DNA of 63,684 bases, counting the filler, from Thraustochytrium aureum (lineage: Eukaryota): the NCBI GenBank assembly GCA_012862495.1. It is 5 parts of 3 records of this genome, joined end to end, with 100 filler letters (N's around TTAATTAATTAA, not from the genome) between each part and the next. Parts side by side here need not be neighbours in the genome. Positions count along the whole stretch, not along the records: positions 18,337 to 34,700 come from BLSG01000302.1; positions 34,801 to 41,568 come from BLSG01000302.1; 3 more parts are not named here. The stretch is one strand, 5' to 3'. Below, piece after piece: positions 23,591 to 37,509 of this stretch. The notes beneath the pieces were generated by a model, which was not told the DNA's origin, made no database searches, and saw nothing but the letters and a program-made list of their open reading frames with translations. The position numbers and the translations under genes were made by a program. Position 1 is the first letter of the stretch. Each line of letters opens with the position of its first letter.

Positions 23591-24477
23591 CTTTTTTGCC
23601 GGCACTCTAACCGCCGCTGTCAAACTGTTCAGCCGCGTGCGCGTCAAAGTGCGCTGCTGCGCCGAGTCGTGGGCGCTCTGCGTGCGAGATCCGCCCGCTC
23701 ACCCGCCTGCCCGCTTGCCGTCAAAAGTCTGCTGGAGTCTGTCTGGTTGCTCAATCGGTCGATCCATCCGTCAAAACGACTCGGGACTCTGTGATGTGCA
23801 CGCAATACACACTCTCGCTGGTGTGTGCGCGTTTCCGTAAAAAGAGTGAACGGCACATTTTGGCACAAGGCGCAGGCCGCCATGACGAGCTGCTGCGCGC
23901 CGGCCAACTTGTTCGCTTNNNNNNNNNNNNNNNNNNNNNNNNNNNNNNNNNNNNNNNNNNNNNNNNNNNNNNNNNNNNNNNNNNNNNNNNNNNNNNNNNN
24001 NNNNNNNNNNNNNNNNNNNNNNNNNNNNNNNNNNNNNNNNNNNNNNNNNNNNNNNNNNNNNNNNNNNNNNNNNNNNNNNNNNNNNNNNNNNNNNNNNNNN
24101 NNNNNNNNNNNNNNNNNNNNNNNNNNNNNNNNNNNNNNNNNNNNNNNNNNNNNNNNNNNNNNNNNNNNNNNNNNNNNNNNNNNNNNNNNNNNNNNNNNNN
24201 NNNNNNNNNNNNNNNNNNNNNNNNNNNNNNNNNNNNNNNNNNNNNNNNNNNNNNNNNNNNNNNNNNNNNNNNNNNNNNNNNNNNNNNNNNNNNNNNNNNN
24301 NNNNNNNNNNNNNNNNNNNNNNNNNNNNNNNNNNNNNNNNNNNNNNNNNNNNNNNNNNNNNNNNNNNNNNNNNNNNNNNNNNNNNNNNNNNNNNNNNNNN
24401 NNNNNNNNNNNNNNNNNNNNNNNNNNNNNNNNNNNNNNNNNNNNNNNNNNNNNNNNNNNNNNNNNNNNNNNNNNNNN

Positions 24478-24940
24478 TTTGTCCACGGCCAGCGCGGCCT
24501 TGCGCTCGCAGGTAAAGTTGCCGAGGCTGCGCAGCTTTCTCTCGATCCAGACGCGCGCCATCCAGCGGCGGTCCCGCTTGTTCCAGGAGACGCCGCGGTA
24601 TGTGGAAGAGGTGTTTTGCATTTTGCGGCCCTTGCGGCGTTTGGGGACCGTGGACGGGCCGTTGCTCGAGTGCGTTGAATCGGACGAGGCTCGCTTGCGC
24701 GACTGCCCGAGCCGCACTGCGGGGCGCTCCTTCTTGGCAATCTGCTTGGCTGATGCTCCTCCAAGGGCTTCCGCGAACCCTGGGAGACCCTGTTGCGCGC
24801 CGTACAAGTTGAGCGCAAGCTGCTGCTGCTGCTGCATCTCTGCGACGCCTGGCGCGAGGAGATACGAGCGCGAGAGCGCAGTCTGGCCCAGATTGGGAGC
24901 TTGCGCGCCAATGTTGAGCGGGAACTGCGAGAAGCTGTTT

Positions 24941-24973
<33 letters not shown>

Positions 24974-25225
24974 GTTTGAAGAAACTTGCTCTGGAGCGCC
25001 TTGAGCTCCGGGGAGAGGACCCTGTTCTTGTCCAAACTGTCCATGCTCGACGTGCGATGGAGGGCGAGGAGCTGGAGTTGCTGCTGCCGAACCGCGGCAG
25101 CGAGGGTCTGTTGCTGCTGCTGCTGCTGCTGCTGCGAGCAGCTGCCGTTGAGCAAGCCCGCCTCGCTCAAAAGCATCTGCAGGGCGAGGGGGTTGGAGGC
25201 AAGGTTGTTGCTGCCGTCGTTGGTG

Positions 25226-25256
<31 letters not shown>

Positions 25257-25748
25257 GCCGCAGCTGCTGCTGTTGCTGGAACAGCTGCTGCTGCTGCTGC
25301 TGTTGCTGCATGAGCTTGGCTTGTACTTGGGCGAGAAGGCGGGGCTGCCAATCGCGGCAAGCTGCTCGAGAGAGGGAGCCTGAAAGTGCTGTTGCATGTT
25401 CTGATGCATGGTCTGGTGCTGCAGCAGCTGCGACGGATAGTGAAGCTGGCCGGAAGCCTCCATTGCGCCGTTGAGGTTGGCGGAGACGTTACTGTTGTTG
25501 TTTGCGTTGCTGCCCGCTTGGCCCTTTTGCGGGCTTCCCATAGACAGAACTTGCGCAAGTGCAGAGGCCGCCGCGCCTTCTTGGCGCAGATGGAATTGGC
25601 TAGCGCGCTGCTGGTCGTGCGGCGGGACAAAGCCTTGGTTCATTGACTGCGACCAGCGGGCCGCGTCGGACGAGCTGTGCGAGGCGGGCTCGAAAAGGTT
25701 GGTGCGCGCGCCGAGGCTGAAAAGCAGTTCCTGCGCCTGGTTGCCCAT
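24478..25748 (-). CDS. Glutamine-rich AP2-domain transcription factor; 3' end in gap; frameshift near 25330
   Basis: TSSTYRGVSWNKRDRRWMARVWIERKLRSLGNFTCERKAALAVD, poly-Q tracts, basic KRRKGRK. One extra C in a CCC run joins FSP to QVQAKLMQQQ. Confidence 0.85.
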
Positions 25749-28435
25749 TCACGCCTGCTATTGAGACCGTGGAGAGATCTCACCGGCAAGTGCGCAAACC
25801 GCGCGCTCCACTGCTCGGCGTCGCGCTCGGCGTCGAGAGGGGCGCGTCCCGCTGTGTGCCGCGAGGTCCCAGGCCAGTTCGACAGGCCAGTTCGAGGTGT
25901 TTCCGAAAGTGCAGCGCTCGGCGGTGCGCGTCTCCGAAAGGGAACTGCAGCGCTCGTCTTCGTTCGTTGCAAGCAAAGAACAAGCCAGGTCCCTGCTTCC
26001 CACCGCAGCACTCGAGACTCGCGCAGTCGATCGGGTCCACCCGGTCGTTCGTTCGCGCCGCAGTTTGCGGTTTGATCGCCCAATGCGACTCTGCCGCCGC
26101 TGTTGTAGCAGCGCTTCTTTCGCGACACACCAGCAAACAAACCAGCAAACAAACCAGCAAACAAACAACAAACAGCAACAACAAGCAAAACAACAAACCC
26201 GAGGCCCCCTCCTCCTTCCTCCTTCCCTCCTCTTCCTGAGCCAGACGCGAGAGAGAAGAAGGAAAGGGCGGGGATGGAGACGAACGACACGCTCAGCCTC
26301 ACACTTCACCGCTCCTGCCTCCTCCCCTGCGCGAGCGCCCTCAGGGCCTCGCGAAAGCCGTCCAGGGATCCGCACAGGGCCTCGCGGCCGTAGCCAACGC
26401 AGCCAACGAATTTATTTTTCGACGGGCCTGGTCGCGCGCGCGCGAGAGAGCGGGAGAGAGAGGGGCGGCGAAAGGGCCTGGAAACCGAGAATAGCCCAGG
26501 CAAGAACACAAACTAGAGCAGAGCCTGAGTACTCCACCGGCAGAAGAGAAAGGTTGTGGAGAATGAATTGAGGCGGGATGAAATGCGACGGAAGGAGGTG
26601 AAATGGGTTGAAAGACGGGAGCACTCGAGTGCGCCTCTCTCGCGCCCTCTCCCTGTGGTGGGNNNNNNNNNNNNNNNNNNNNNNNNNNNNNNNNNNNNNN
26701 NNNNNNNNNNNNNNNNNNNNNNNNNNNNNNNNNNNNNNNNNNNNNNNNNNNNNNNNNNNNNNNNNNNNNNNNNNNNNNNNNNNNNNNNNNNNNNNNNNNN
26801 NNNNNNNNNNNNNNNNNNNNNNNNNNNNNNNNNNNNNNNNNNNNNNNNNNNNNNNNNNNNNNNNNNNNNNNNNNNNNNNNNNNNNNNNNNNNNNNNNNNN
26901 NNNNNNNNNNNNNNNNNNNNNNNNNNNNNNNNNNNNNNNNNNNNNNNNNNNNNNNNNNNNNNNNNNNNNNNNNNNNNNNNNNNNNNNNNNNNNNNNNNNN
27001 NNNNNNNNNNNNNNNNNNNNNNNNNNNNNNNNNNNNNNNNNNNNNNNNNNNNGATGGTGGTGGTGGTGGTGGTGGGGTGGTAGGCACAATTGCTCGCGTT
27101 CAGCACCGCATGAGAGGATGAGAATGGGGGGCGGGTCGTGATGGAAAGCGATGCACAAAAACCTGCTCCGAAAAGGGCATCGGTTTTGGAACCTCCGCGG
27201 CGCTTTTGCCTCGCCGCTCCCTCTCGACGGCGAACAAACGCTGCACGGCCTAGCCAGGGGAAGGAGGAGGGGGAACCGGCCGACCCACGCACTGAATGCC
27301 ATTAGCCCGCGCGCTGCGCCTCCACGCCGCGGCGGCTAGGCCGAGCTGCCGTTGTGAGTGACAAGTCGTGGGAGTTTGAAGCGGTGTGGGAATCCTTTCC
27401 TCGCGAGATCGAAGTCAAGTCACGGCCAGGAAAGGGATTTTGAATCCAATCCAACCTCGACGCTACCACGGGCGAGGATGATGAAATGATGTCTCGCAAC
27501 GCACGCACGCACCGGCCGGCTGGCGACTGATGACTGCACACTATCGATCGATCCGTGTGCTAGCTATTCAACACGGCATGTCGCCGTTGCGGAAACAGGC
27601 TCGCTGTTGCATGTGCCGTGACATCAGGTGTCGCCAATCGCGAGCTGCAGCCCGCCCCGCGCAAATCGCAAGCGCTCGCTCGCTCGACCATCCAGGATCA
27701 GTCAGCCGACCGGCCAAGAGGCAGGCGCCTTGGCCGACGCAGGAAAGGGCGCGAGGCGATGGACATCGGCCTGGCATGCGACGACACGCCCGCGGCCTCC
27801 AGCCCGTGGAGAACGACTGCATCGACGCCGGGACTGGCGACAGCGAGGGCGCCGAGGTGCCAGCGCGTTTTTCCCTCGCTCCAGCTGCCTACCTGCTCGT
27901 GTGCTTCTTGAGCTCTACTCGGAGAGGTTGGCGAGTGGGGAGTGGGAGTCTGAATCGTGATGGTCTCTGCCGTTGAATGCGCCCCCTCAGCAACGACCGT
28001 CCTGGTGCAGGTGGTGATTGACCTCTCGCTCAAGAGGAGCCTTGGAGAGGGCCATGGAGACTTTTTGTGCCTCGGTGCTCGGGCGAATGGCGGAGGAGGA
28101 GGAAGTTGATGGTCTCCCCTCCCCTCCAGCCTCCTCCGCTCTTCCCTGAACTGCGAGCGGCACATCAAGGAGGCTGGACTGTTTTTCTTCGTCGTCTTTT
28201 TCGCGGCTGCAGAACGATGATGGGATATGGCCCGGCAGCTGTTCATCGCGCCGCGCCTGCGTGCGTGCGTGGTGAGTGAGAGCCCTCACACGCCGTCGGA
28301 GCCCTGGATGCTCGCGCTGATAGCCACGTCGTCGTTTGAGGGGCTTGGGAGCCAGGGAACAGCAATCAAATGCGACACCGCAGTCCAACTCACGGCGGCG
28401 GCGGGCCAACGAATTCGGCCTCCTGCACACCACGT

Positions 28436-28480
<45 letters not shown>
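28436..28480. repeat. (CAG)15 microsatellite
   Basis: Direct count of 45 nt. Confidence 0.95.
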
Positions 28481-28482
<2 letters not shown>

Positions 28483-31400
28483 GCGGCCGTCCGAGCGAAC
28501 CCCGTCGGTAGGCAGGTACGCCGACGTCAGCTGCTCCGGCTGGCTTCGGCGATGCGCTGTCGGGCGGCCGCCAAGCGCGCGGCTCACTTGAGAAAAAATT
28601 TAAAAAAGAAGAAAAAGAAGGCTTTCTTTTTCCCNNNNNNNNNNNNNNNNNNNNNNNNNNNNNNNNNNNNNNNNNNNNNNNNNNNNNNNNNNNNNNNNNN
28701 NNNNNNNNNNNNNNNNNNNNNNNNNNNNNNNNNNNNNNNNNNNNNNNNNNNNNNNNNNNNNNNNNNNNNNNNNNNNNNNNNNNNNNNNNNNNNNNNNNNN
28801 NNNNNNNNNNNNNNNNNNNNNNNNACTCTAATCCACCTCACGGTAGTACGCCTTGCGAGTTTGCTTGGTGATGAGCCAGCCAAACAGTTGCACCCAGCGC
28901 GCCTTTCGTACAACCGTTTGGACCAGTCGGTCGGTACGTACCGTCTATGGGCTACAAAGACGGAGGAGAGAGGTGCTCAGCTGTGTGGTGGGCCCGAGTA
29001 AGGGAGGCTGGAGGCTGGGGAAAAAGGGCGTTCGCCGCTCGCAATTCGTGGTCGCTGCTGAGGGGGCCGGCTACAGCTGTCTCCTCACGCAGGCAGGAGC
29101 CACAGCGCTTCGGCCGGCTTCAGAAAACCAACGGAATCGCTCGCATCATCTTTGCAGCTCGAGGTCGACCGTCGAGCTGCATCCTTGGCCCATAAATGTC
29201 GACGGCCTGCAATTGGTTGACGCCAAGCCAAGCAAGAACCGCACTGCACTGCACGCCTGCTCGTCGTTGTCGGCATCAACTGCGCTGCAGCCTGCCGGAG
29301 AACGGCCGCCTGTTTTCACTCCCGTACCCTACCGCTGATGGCGCTCTCGCCGACCCATCTTCGAGCTCGCCCGAGCACAGCCTGTTCGACCCGAGTCCCT
29401 ATCGCGGCAGGCGGTTCAACTCGGCAAAAAAACTATAATGCAGAGACCGCTGGAGAGGACTTGTAACTGCCAGGAGGAGGTTGGGGACCCGTATGGGAAT
29501 CCGTTCCTCCTAGCGCCCGTGTCGGAGGAGAATTGGGTGGGGAGGAAGAAGGAGCTCTGCGGTCTGCCTTCTTTGTTGTGGGCAAGGGGAGGTCTCTAAC
29601 GTAAACGTTTCACTATCGAAAAAGCGACGTTTTCGCCAATGCTGCCCGCGAAGACTTCGACGTGATCAAGGCCGCGCGACAGTTCAGGCTTGGACGCCAG
29701 CCCTCGGCCAGCCTGACTACCCGTGGGGCTGCGCTAGTGGGGGCACGGTTGCGCGCGCAGTGCGACCAAGGACCCGACATCCCTCCAAGAATCCGACAGC
29801 CGCTGTGACGCGAAGTGGAGGTGCGCCAAATCTGGCCAGTGGCCACCCGCCATCACGTGGCCGCGACGTGCGCGCAGCTCTGCAGCGCCATCATGACCAT
29901 TTGCGTTCGCTTGGTGTGCGCCCTCCCCCCCCACCTCACACGGGCAGGCAGGCCGGCAGGCAAGCAGGCGGGCAGGCAGCAGACGCCGTGTGGCGTGTGT
30001 CATCTTTGCAGCGCGCTGCGAGTTCCGAGACCTCGTGACGTGACATGTTCGCTCTCAGCGCCGCGCTGGCACCGTGAGCAAGTCGGCCAGCCACGGCCGT
30101 GGTGTTGGTTTTGGTGGCCAAGGTGCTCAGCCCAACCGAACGTGCTGGTCGACTAGCCAAGCGAGTGTCGCTGGACCTCTTCTTCAATGGCCAAGGATTG
30201 GATTGAGCTCGGCCCCGAGCGAGGGCCGTTGCACCTTTTGCCGCAGCTCGGCTTTTCGGATGCTGGACTCGGTTGGATTCAGTCGAGCAGAAGAAGCCTG
30301 ACTGAACTGAGTCGCAGAGTTCAACCTGCTCCAGGACGGCCGCGAGCGAGCTGCCTTGTGAGCGTCTTGCCCGTTCCGCCGCTCCCTGGCGCAAGCAGGT
30401 GCGCTTGGACGAACGGTTGGCCCAGCAACGGACTGCCTTGCGCAAGCGGCGCGCCGAGGAAGAGGCAGGGCATAGGGCATCCATCCATCCATCATCCGGG
30501 CGCGCTAGGCCGCTCGACTTGCGCAGCAAGAAAGACGCAGGATCGTGCTCTTGCCAGACAGGGCTCGCTCATGGTAGAGTACTCTGCCACTTCCCGAACT
30601 GCTTCCGTCGCGCCCAACTCGCGCTGGCCTCGCTTGGCTCCGCTCGCCGTGGCTGTACCTACTCCACCAACAGAGCAGAGCGCGTTGCCAAGTGGGCCGT
30701 ACGTCTCACGGGCCGGCGCGTGCGATGCGGTGCGCTGTGGCGCTGGAACCAGACAAGCGCACCGAAGTAACACTCAACGTAGCAAAATGTGACTTGGATG
30801 TCGTGGTCTCGGATCCTCCTTGTCGTGGTTGTCCCCCGCGCCGATTCTCGCCGCGTGGCCCTCGGACGACTCCTGCCAATCGCTTCGCAAGGAGCAGTTG
30901 GCGGGCCACGTGTCAACTGCAGTTTTGTCCCGCGGGCGTGTCCAGCTCGAGGAGGCGGCGAGCTACCTATCGACCGGGCAGCGAAGGAGGCAAGCGCGGA
31001 CAACTCGATTGACAGCGGAAAGGGAAGGGGCCGGTGACGCTTTGCCATCATCCATCCATCACTCATCCATCACTGACAGCACCCGAAGCAAATGCGTTGG
31101 AGTCCTCACGAAGAGTTAGTTGCCTCTCCGTGCGAAGATCGCGCGCTATGACGCCTTCTCCTCCCCAGCTGAGCGCCCACCGAGCGGTTTTTCCCCCTCT
31201 CTTTCGTTTTTACCTCCGCCGGTTTGGACGCCGTCCATCAATTCACTCTATCGCCTGCACTCCGGTCTGCGAAGTGGTTCTTGATTGGCCGAAAAGACTC
31301 AATACCAGAGCGCCTTGTCCCTTCCCTCATCCAGCGCTGGGCAAGCGCCTCTCCAGCTTGCTCGAGAGGGTGAGGAGAGCGGCAGTCACCAGTTCCCCTC

Positions 31401-34400
31401 CGATCGCACCCTCACGTACAAGGCGCAACGGCGGCCTGCCCAAGCGTTTTTTCCCAACCAAGGGCTTGAGGAGATTGGTAGGTAGGCCTATCCGTTGCCG
31501 ACCGAGGCACAACGCGTTGATTGAAGGCGCTGCAGGTGCGACACTCTGTGGGCCTCGTCCTGTCTCAAAGTACGGAGCAACGGGCACGGAGGCGGCGCTG
31601 GGCGCCGTCTCGAAACGGCCCTCATCTGACTCCGTTCCGAAGGCCACCCCTACTTCACTTTCCCGCCCAACAAGAAAACAGCTACAAAAAACCAAAACAA
31701 ACCGCAGCTCAAGCGCGCGAACACGGAGAGCGAAAGTGCAAGCCAAATGCCGGCGCCTTCCGCCGCCCTCAAGATCCCAGGGACAACAGATCCAACTTGC
31801 GCGTCAAGCGGGAACCAGGATCACGAGCCGTGAGAATACCGGCTGTGAGGACAAGGCCGTGTCGCAATCGACGACACCGGTCGAGCTCCGAGCACCGCGG
31901 CGCGGTCAAGACCCGGCTCTGATTGGCCGGCGCGACGTTGCTGGTACGACCCTCGGCGAGCTACAGCCGATGCTTGAGCATCGGTTTGTCGATACTCCAA
32001 GCGCGCGGGCAGGCTCTGCTGGCGGCGGCCGGGCTGGCTGGCTGGCAGGAACACGTGGCGGGCTGGTGAGGGCGGCGCNNNNNNNNNNNNNNNNNNNNNN
32101 NNNNNNNNNNNNNNNNNNNNNNNNNNNNNNNNNNNNNNNNNNNNNNNNNNNNNNNNNNNNNNNNNNNNNNNNNNNNNNNNNNNNNNNNNNNNNNNNNNNN
32201 NNNNNNNNNNNNNNNNNNNNNNNNNNNNNNNNNNNNNNNNNNNNNNNNNNNNNNNNNNNNNNNNNNNNNNNNNNNNNNNNNNNNNNNNNNNNNNNNNNNN
32301 NNNNNNNNNNNNNNNNNNNNNNNNNNNNNNNNNNNNNNNNNNNNNNNNNNNNNNNNNNNNNNNNNNNNNNNNNNNNNNNNNNNNNNNNNNNNNNNNNNNN
32401 NNNNNNNNNNNNNNNNNNNNNNNNNNNNNNNNNNNNNNNNNNNNNNNNNNNNNNNNNNNNNNNNNNNNNNNNNNNNNNNNNNNNNNNNNNNNNNNNNNNN
32501 NNNNNNNNNNNNNNNNNNNNNNNNNNNNNNNNNNNNNNNNNNNNNNNNNNNNNNNNNNNNNNNGACTCGCGCCATTCGACGAGGTGCCGGCCGGCCGGCG
32601 TGCACAGCGTAAACTGATGGGGCTTCACGCGCCACCCACGCCGCACTTCCTGCCAACATTTTCTATGTGACTTGATGAGCGCTCGCACAGCAGCGAGCGA
32701 GTGAAGCGGCCGATGATGGTGTGCTGGAAATCGTTTCTTGGCAGCAGAGACCACTGCGAGCCAGGCGACGCGGCGCGGCGGCGCTGGGGCCACCTCGACG
32801 CTCTGCACTCTGGTCTTGAAAGGTCAAGAAGGATTCGACCTCGTTGCTCTGGTCGACCTGGGCGGCGTTTGTCTCTTTCCCTGTTCGTACTTGCGCCAAT
32901 CCATTGATCATTGACTGAAGCGAGGGCCACAGCGGTGCGGTCACCCTGCGGTGGCCACTTGAGCAGCAACGCCCTCTTGAGCCGCGGCCGCGCTTGTTGG
33001 TGATTCCCATAATCTGCCTGCTGCCGCTGCTGCTGCAGCCCTGATTCGACACGAGCTCTGCAGCGCTGATTCGACACGGTGCTTCGACACGCGACGCGGC
33101 GACAAAGCACGCCTCGCCGACGCCGTTGCCAGCTCTGCCGACACTTCACTCTTCCCTGTGCTCGACACAGGCTGCTCTGCGGCAGCAACCTACCTCCTGC
33201 CCGCGGCCCGCGGTGCCGCGACCACTTCAGTCGCGCCCGGGCCAAGCAGGATCTGGCTGAAAGCAGCCAGCCACTCGCACGCGCTGACGACGCCGAGTGC
33301 CGAGGGCGACAGGTAGAGGCTTCAGAGAGCGTGTGCTCTCCCTTGGGACCCTGTACCTTCGCTCCGACGCTCGCGCGCCATCACGTGCCTCCCTGTCTAC
33401 CGATTGATCATCCATCACGAGTCGTGATGATTCTGTCGCTGCCCAAGACTTGACTACTGTGAGCGTGAGGGTGAGCCGCGTCTGCTGCCGTTGCGCCACG
33501 TCAGTCATACCACCGCCCTCCTTGTGCTCGTGTGGCGAGGGGGCGGCGGTTGCTGCCTCCGTCTGCGCCGAGCATGCCAACCTGGATACTCTTCTCCACC
33601 AAACGGATGACTCTCCACGCGAGTCCAAGTTGCTACTCTCCGCGTTGCTTGCCTGCCGTGCTGCCTGCTATTCGCCCCGTCCGCTTTGGCGACCACGTCC
33701 GACAACGAGATTACCGCCAGGGCAGAATTCGCACGGCAGCAGAAAGCAGAGGACCACGACGGGTGGACGTGCGCGAGATGCTCGACGCGCCTTTGCAAGC
33801 CACTGCAATCGAGTACGCGCTTCCCAACGCCAGCGCGACTTGATCTTCCGTCCGCAAGCCAGGTGTTGGCTTTCGTTCTGCCCTCCTCTGCCAGCCTGCC
33901 ACCCAGCCAGCCTGCCTCGGAGCGAGCGAGCGACGCGGTGCGAGGTCGCGGTGCTGGCGACACTCGCGACGTGCCGCGTCGTTCGCACGCTGCAAGACCT
34001 CCCATCACCGCTCGTAGAGGGAGTGGTGAGGGAACGCAGCTCTGCCGTGAGGGGGCCGGCCCATTATCGGCTCGCACTGCGCGTGAGGCCAGGTGCACGT
34101 CGCAGATTTTCTCGCGCCAATTGCAAGTTCAATTGAGGCCGAGTTCTCACCTCTTCTGGCTTCGATTTGCAAGTTGGCCATCAGGACGAGACTCGCCAAA
34201 AACGGAGGCCGGATGGATGGATACTCTACCTACGACGCAACGCTCCGCGGAGGACGAGCTGCGCGGGCGAGCCGTGGAGCGGCGAATCGCGCAGCCGCAC
34301 GCGCAAGTTCAGCTGCAGCTGCCGCGGGTCGGGATGATCAACATCATCAAGCGAGTGCACCAATGTCGACACATTGTCGAAAGACAAACTCGCCCGTTGT

Positions 34401-34700
34401 GCACGCGTTCCGCTGCGGGCGATTCGCACCGTTGTGTGCGCGTTTCCAAGAACGAAGGAATGGATTTGTTTTGTGCTCAGCTCGAGGATGGTGAGAGGTT
34501 CGGGTGGGTCCAGGAGCGCACTTGCGCGACAGTGCACGAACGCAAAGCCAACGAGCACGGCGACGGCGGCGGCAGCGGCGCAAGACTCGGCGTTTCATCG
34601 GACTGCGAGCGCTGCAGAGCTCTGCCCGTTGACTGACGCGGCGGTTTGCCTTTTGGGTCGAGCGATTTCTCAGTTGCGCGAAAATGTCTGTGGCAGTCGC

Positions 34701-34800
34701 NNNNNNNNNNNNNNNNNNNNNNNNNNNNNNNNNNNNNNNNNNNNTTAATTAATTAANNNNNNNNNNNNNNNNNNNNNNNNNNNNNNNNNNNNNNNNNNNN
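34701..34800. other. Artificial contig linker
   Basis: TTAATTAATTAA at 34745-34756 flanked by Ns. Confidence 0.95.
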
Positions 34801-34818
34801 GCCTCGCTCGTGTGCTAA

Positions 34819-34989
<171 letters not shown>

Positions 34990-35372
34990 CGCAGGGCAGA
35001 CAAAACAGACCACTCTATGGCGTGGACTCGCCATGCGTGCGCTCATCGAGACCTTTAATGGCGCGTCGCCGCCCCGGCCGCACGATTTGGAAGAACAAGC
35101 CAACAACAGCCCATCGGGCGCACCCGTAAAGAAAGAAGATGCCTTTTCTGCGCGCGTTGACGTTGCACCGAATTCTTTACAAAGGATCAATCAGCCAGTA
35201 GCTCTAGAGCCCCATCGGGTCCTGCTGTTTTTGTCACCTCCGGTTCGGAAGCCGTCAGAAGCTGCAAGCATGGCGAGGGGCGTTTTGGATTTGCTACCGT
35301 CCACGACTTCCTGCGATGGCCACCGCGTTTGCTTCACCAGCGCGACAGTCGAGCGGCACAAAAGCAGTGGAA

Positions 35373-35933
35373 TCAATCTTGGTTTGCAGGAGCGCTGAGC
35401 TCGTGCGAGCCCGCGGTCTCAGCGGCACGCAAGGCACGGAGCTGCGCTGCGAAATTCTGCGCGAGCTTGTCCAGCGCAAACTCGGACTCGTAAATAAGAG
35501 CTTCCACTTTGTTGCGAGAGGCCGCGCGCTGCTTTTCGTGGAGGCGCAGCGCGCTCTTCTTGGCCATTCGGTGGGCCTTGTTCCTCCGCTTGGCCGCGCT
35601 CGCGTCGAGCTGGGCAAGGTGTCGCAGCCTGGCATTCTCAGCCGCCTGCTCCTCTAAGATCACCTCGCGCAGCCACGCGGCGTTTTTCTCACGGCGCGCG
35701 GCGATGATTGCCGCACCGCGCGCCTCAAACTCGTCCGCCCGCTCGCCGTCCATCGGCTTCATCTTGCCGCTCGGCTTTGGCAGGCCTGCGGGTTGGCCGA
35801 GCTGTCGTTGACCGCATTTTCCAGCACGCGCAGCGCGGTCCTGCTCGACGAGGATCTCATCGTCAGCACGATGATCGTCCAAGCCGCTCGGCGCGCCAAG
35901 CCGAGCCTGCGCAGGCCGCCCCTGGTCCGCCAT
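35373..35933 (-). CDS. Hypothetical charged coiled-coil protein
   Basis: E/R/K/A-rich helical C-terminal half (EFEARGAAIIAARREKNAAWLREVILEEQ...). N-terminal frame uncertain. No family recognised. Confidence 0.55.
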   Translation of the reverse strand: MADQGRPAQARLGAPSGLDDHRADDEILVEQDRAARAGKCGQRQLGQPAGLPKPSGKMKPMDGERADEFEARGAAIIAARREKNAAWLREVILEEQAAENARLRHLAQLDASAAKRRNKAHRMAKKSALRLHEKQRAASRNKVEALIYESEFALDKLAQNFAAQLRALRAAETAGSHELSAPANQD

Positions 35934-36749
35934 CGCCTTCGAACGCGCACTGCAAGCGCGCCTCTCGCACACGAAATTCAATCAATCAATCAATCAATCA
36001 ATCAACAAGAGCACTTCACGTCTTGCGCCGCAACGGGTCTCAATCCCTCTAAACCCGCGATTCGCCCTCTTTTCCGCTTGCCTCCTTGGCCCTCTACAAA
36101 AAATCCGCAGCCAGCCTCGCAATCGTCTCCACCTATTGCGGGCCCCCTCTCTTTTCTTTTCCCATGCTAGCCACCTGCCCCGCAATGAGTGGAGAATCGC
36201 CCGCGAGGCGNNNNNNNNNNNNNNNNNNNNNNNNNNNNNNNNNNNNNNNNNNNNNNNNNNNNNNNNNNNNNNNNNNNNNNNNNNNNNNNNNNNNNNNNNN
36301 NNNNNNNNNNNNNNNNNNNNNNNNNNNNNNNNNNNNNNNNNNNNNNNNNNNNNNNNNNNNNNNNNNNNNNNNNNNNNNNNNNNNNNNNNNNNNNNNNNNN
36401 NNNNNNNNNNNNNNNNNNNNNNNNNNNNNNNNNNNNNNNNNNNNNNNNNNNNNNNNNNNNNNNNNNNNNNNNNNNNNNNNNNNNNNNNNNNNNNNNNNNN
36501 NNNNNNNNNNNNNNNNNNNNNNNNNNNNNNNNNNNNNNNNNNNNNNNNNNNNNNNNNNNNNNNNNNNNNNNNNNNNNNNNNNNNNNNNNNNNNNNNNNNN
36601 NNNNNNNNNNNNNNNNNNNNNNNNNNNNNNNNNNNNNNNNNNNNNNNNNNNNNNNNNNNNNNNNNNNNNNNNNNNNNNNNNNNNNNNNNNNNNNNNNNNN
36701 NNNNNNNNNNNNNNNNNNNNNNNNNNNNNNNNNNNNNNNNNNNNNNNNN

Positions 36750-37509
36750 GGCTCGCAAAGCCGAGCAACTCCAAGAGCAAGCTGCGCCGCTGGCAGACAG
36801 GCTCAAGGAGAACGTACGGTCTGCCGCCGAGCTGGCCGAGTCACGCGGCAAGGAGCTGCTGAGCCACGTAGCCGCCGAAACGAGCGGAGCGGCCAACAGT
36901 GTCGACTCCGGGACCTTGCCCTGGGACGAGCCCGCGAGCCGCCAGTTTGCCGACGCGATCAAGGCCCGCATTTTAGAGCTCTCCCAGGACGACAAGACCT
37001 TTCTTATCCCACCCCCAGATGCGATTGGTTTCAAGTTTGACTTTGAGGCACAAACAAAGACGGCCCTTGCAGTAATCGACGCCGACCCTCGCATCGAACA
37101 AAAGCGGTTCGCGCTCGTGCCCAAGGCGGTGGACGAGGCTGCGTTCTGGCGCAACTACTTTTACCGCGTCTCACTTATCAAAGAAGCGTACCAGGTCTCG
37201 CACCTCGACGAAGACCAGGCTGCTGGGCAGCCAACGGCGAAGAACCCGTCAAGAGAGGGTTCGGAAGAGCCGGAAAGTGGCTCTGCCGCGCGCGAAGCGA
37301 GCTTGTCTGATGGCGGCGACGCCGGCCTCGGCAGGGCGCACGACGTCGAAGACGACGAGAACTTTGACATGCTCGACGACGATGAGCTCTTGGCTTCCAC
37401 CGGGCTCAGCTTGGACGACGGCTTCGATGATGGCGACGAAGACGACGACGAAGAAGACGACGACGACGCGGGCCTTGAAGAGCGTATCAAAGCAGAGCTC
37501 AACCTGTAG
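36750..37509 (+). CDS. BSD-domain protein (SYAP1-like); 5' part in gap
   Basis: LPW...IKARILELSQDDKTFLIPPP...FDF...DPRIEQKRFALVPKAVDEAAFWRNYFYRVSLIK, followed by an acidic tail. Confidence 0.9.

Noticed and set aside
29410..29425. GGTTCAACTC resembling a tRNA T-loop
   Set aside because: No T-stem pairing or cloverleaf in the flanks.
31034..32617. 527-codon ORF in the gene-poor region
   Set aside because: About a third is Ns. The remainder is R/P/A/S-rich with no motifs, as expected by chance in GC-rich DNA.
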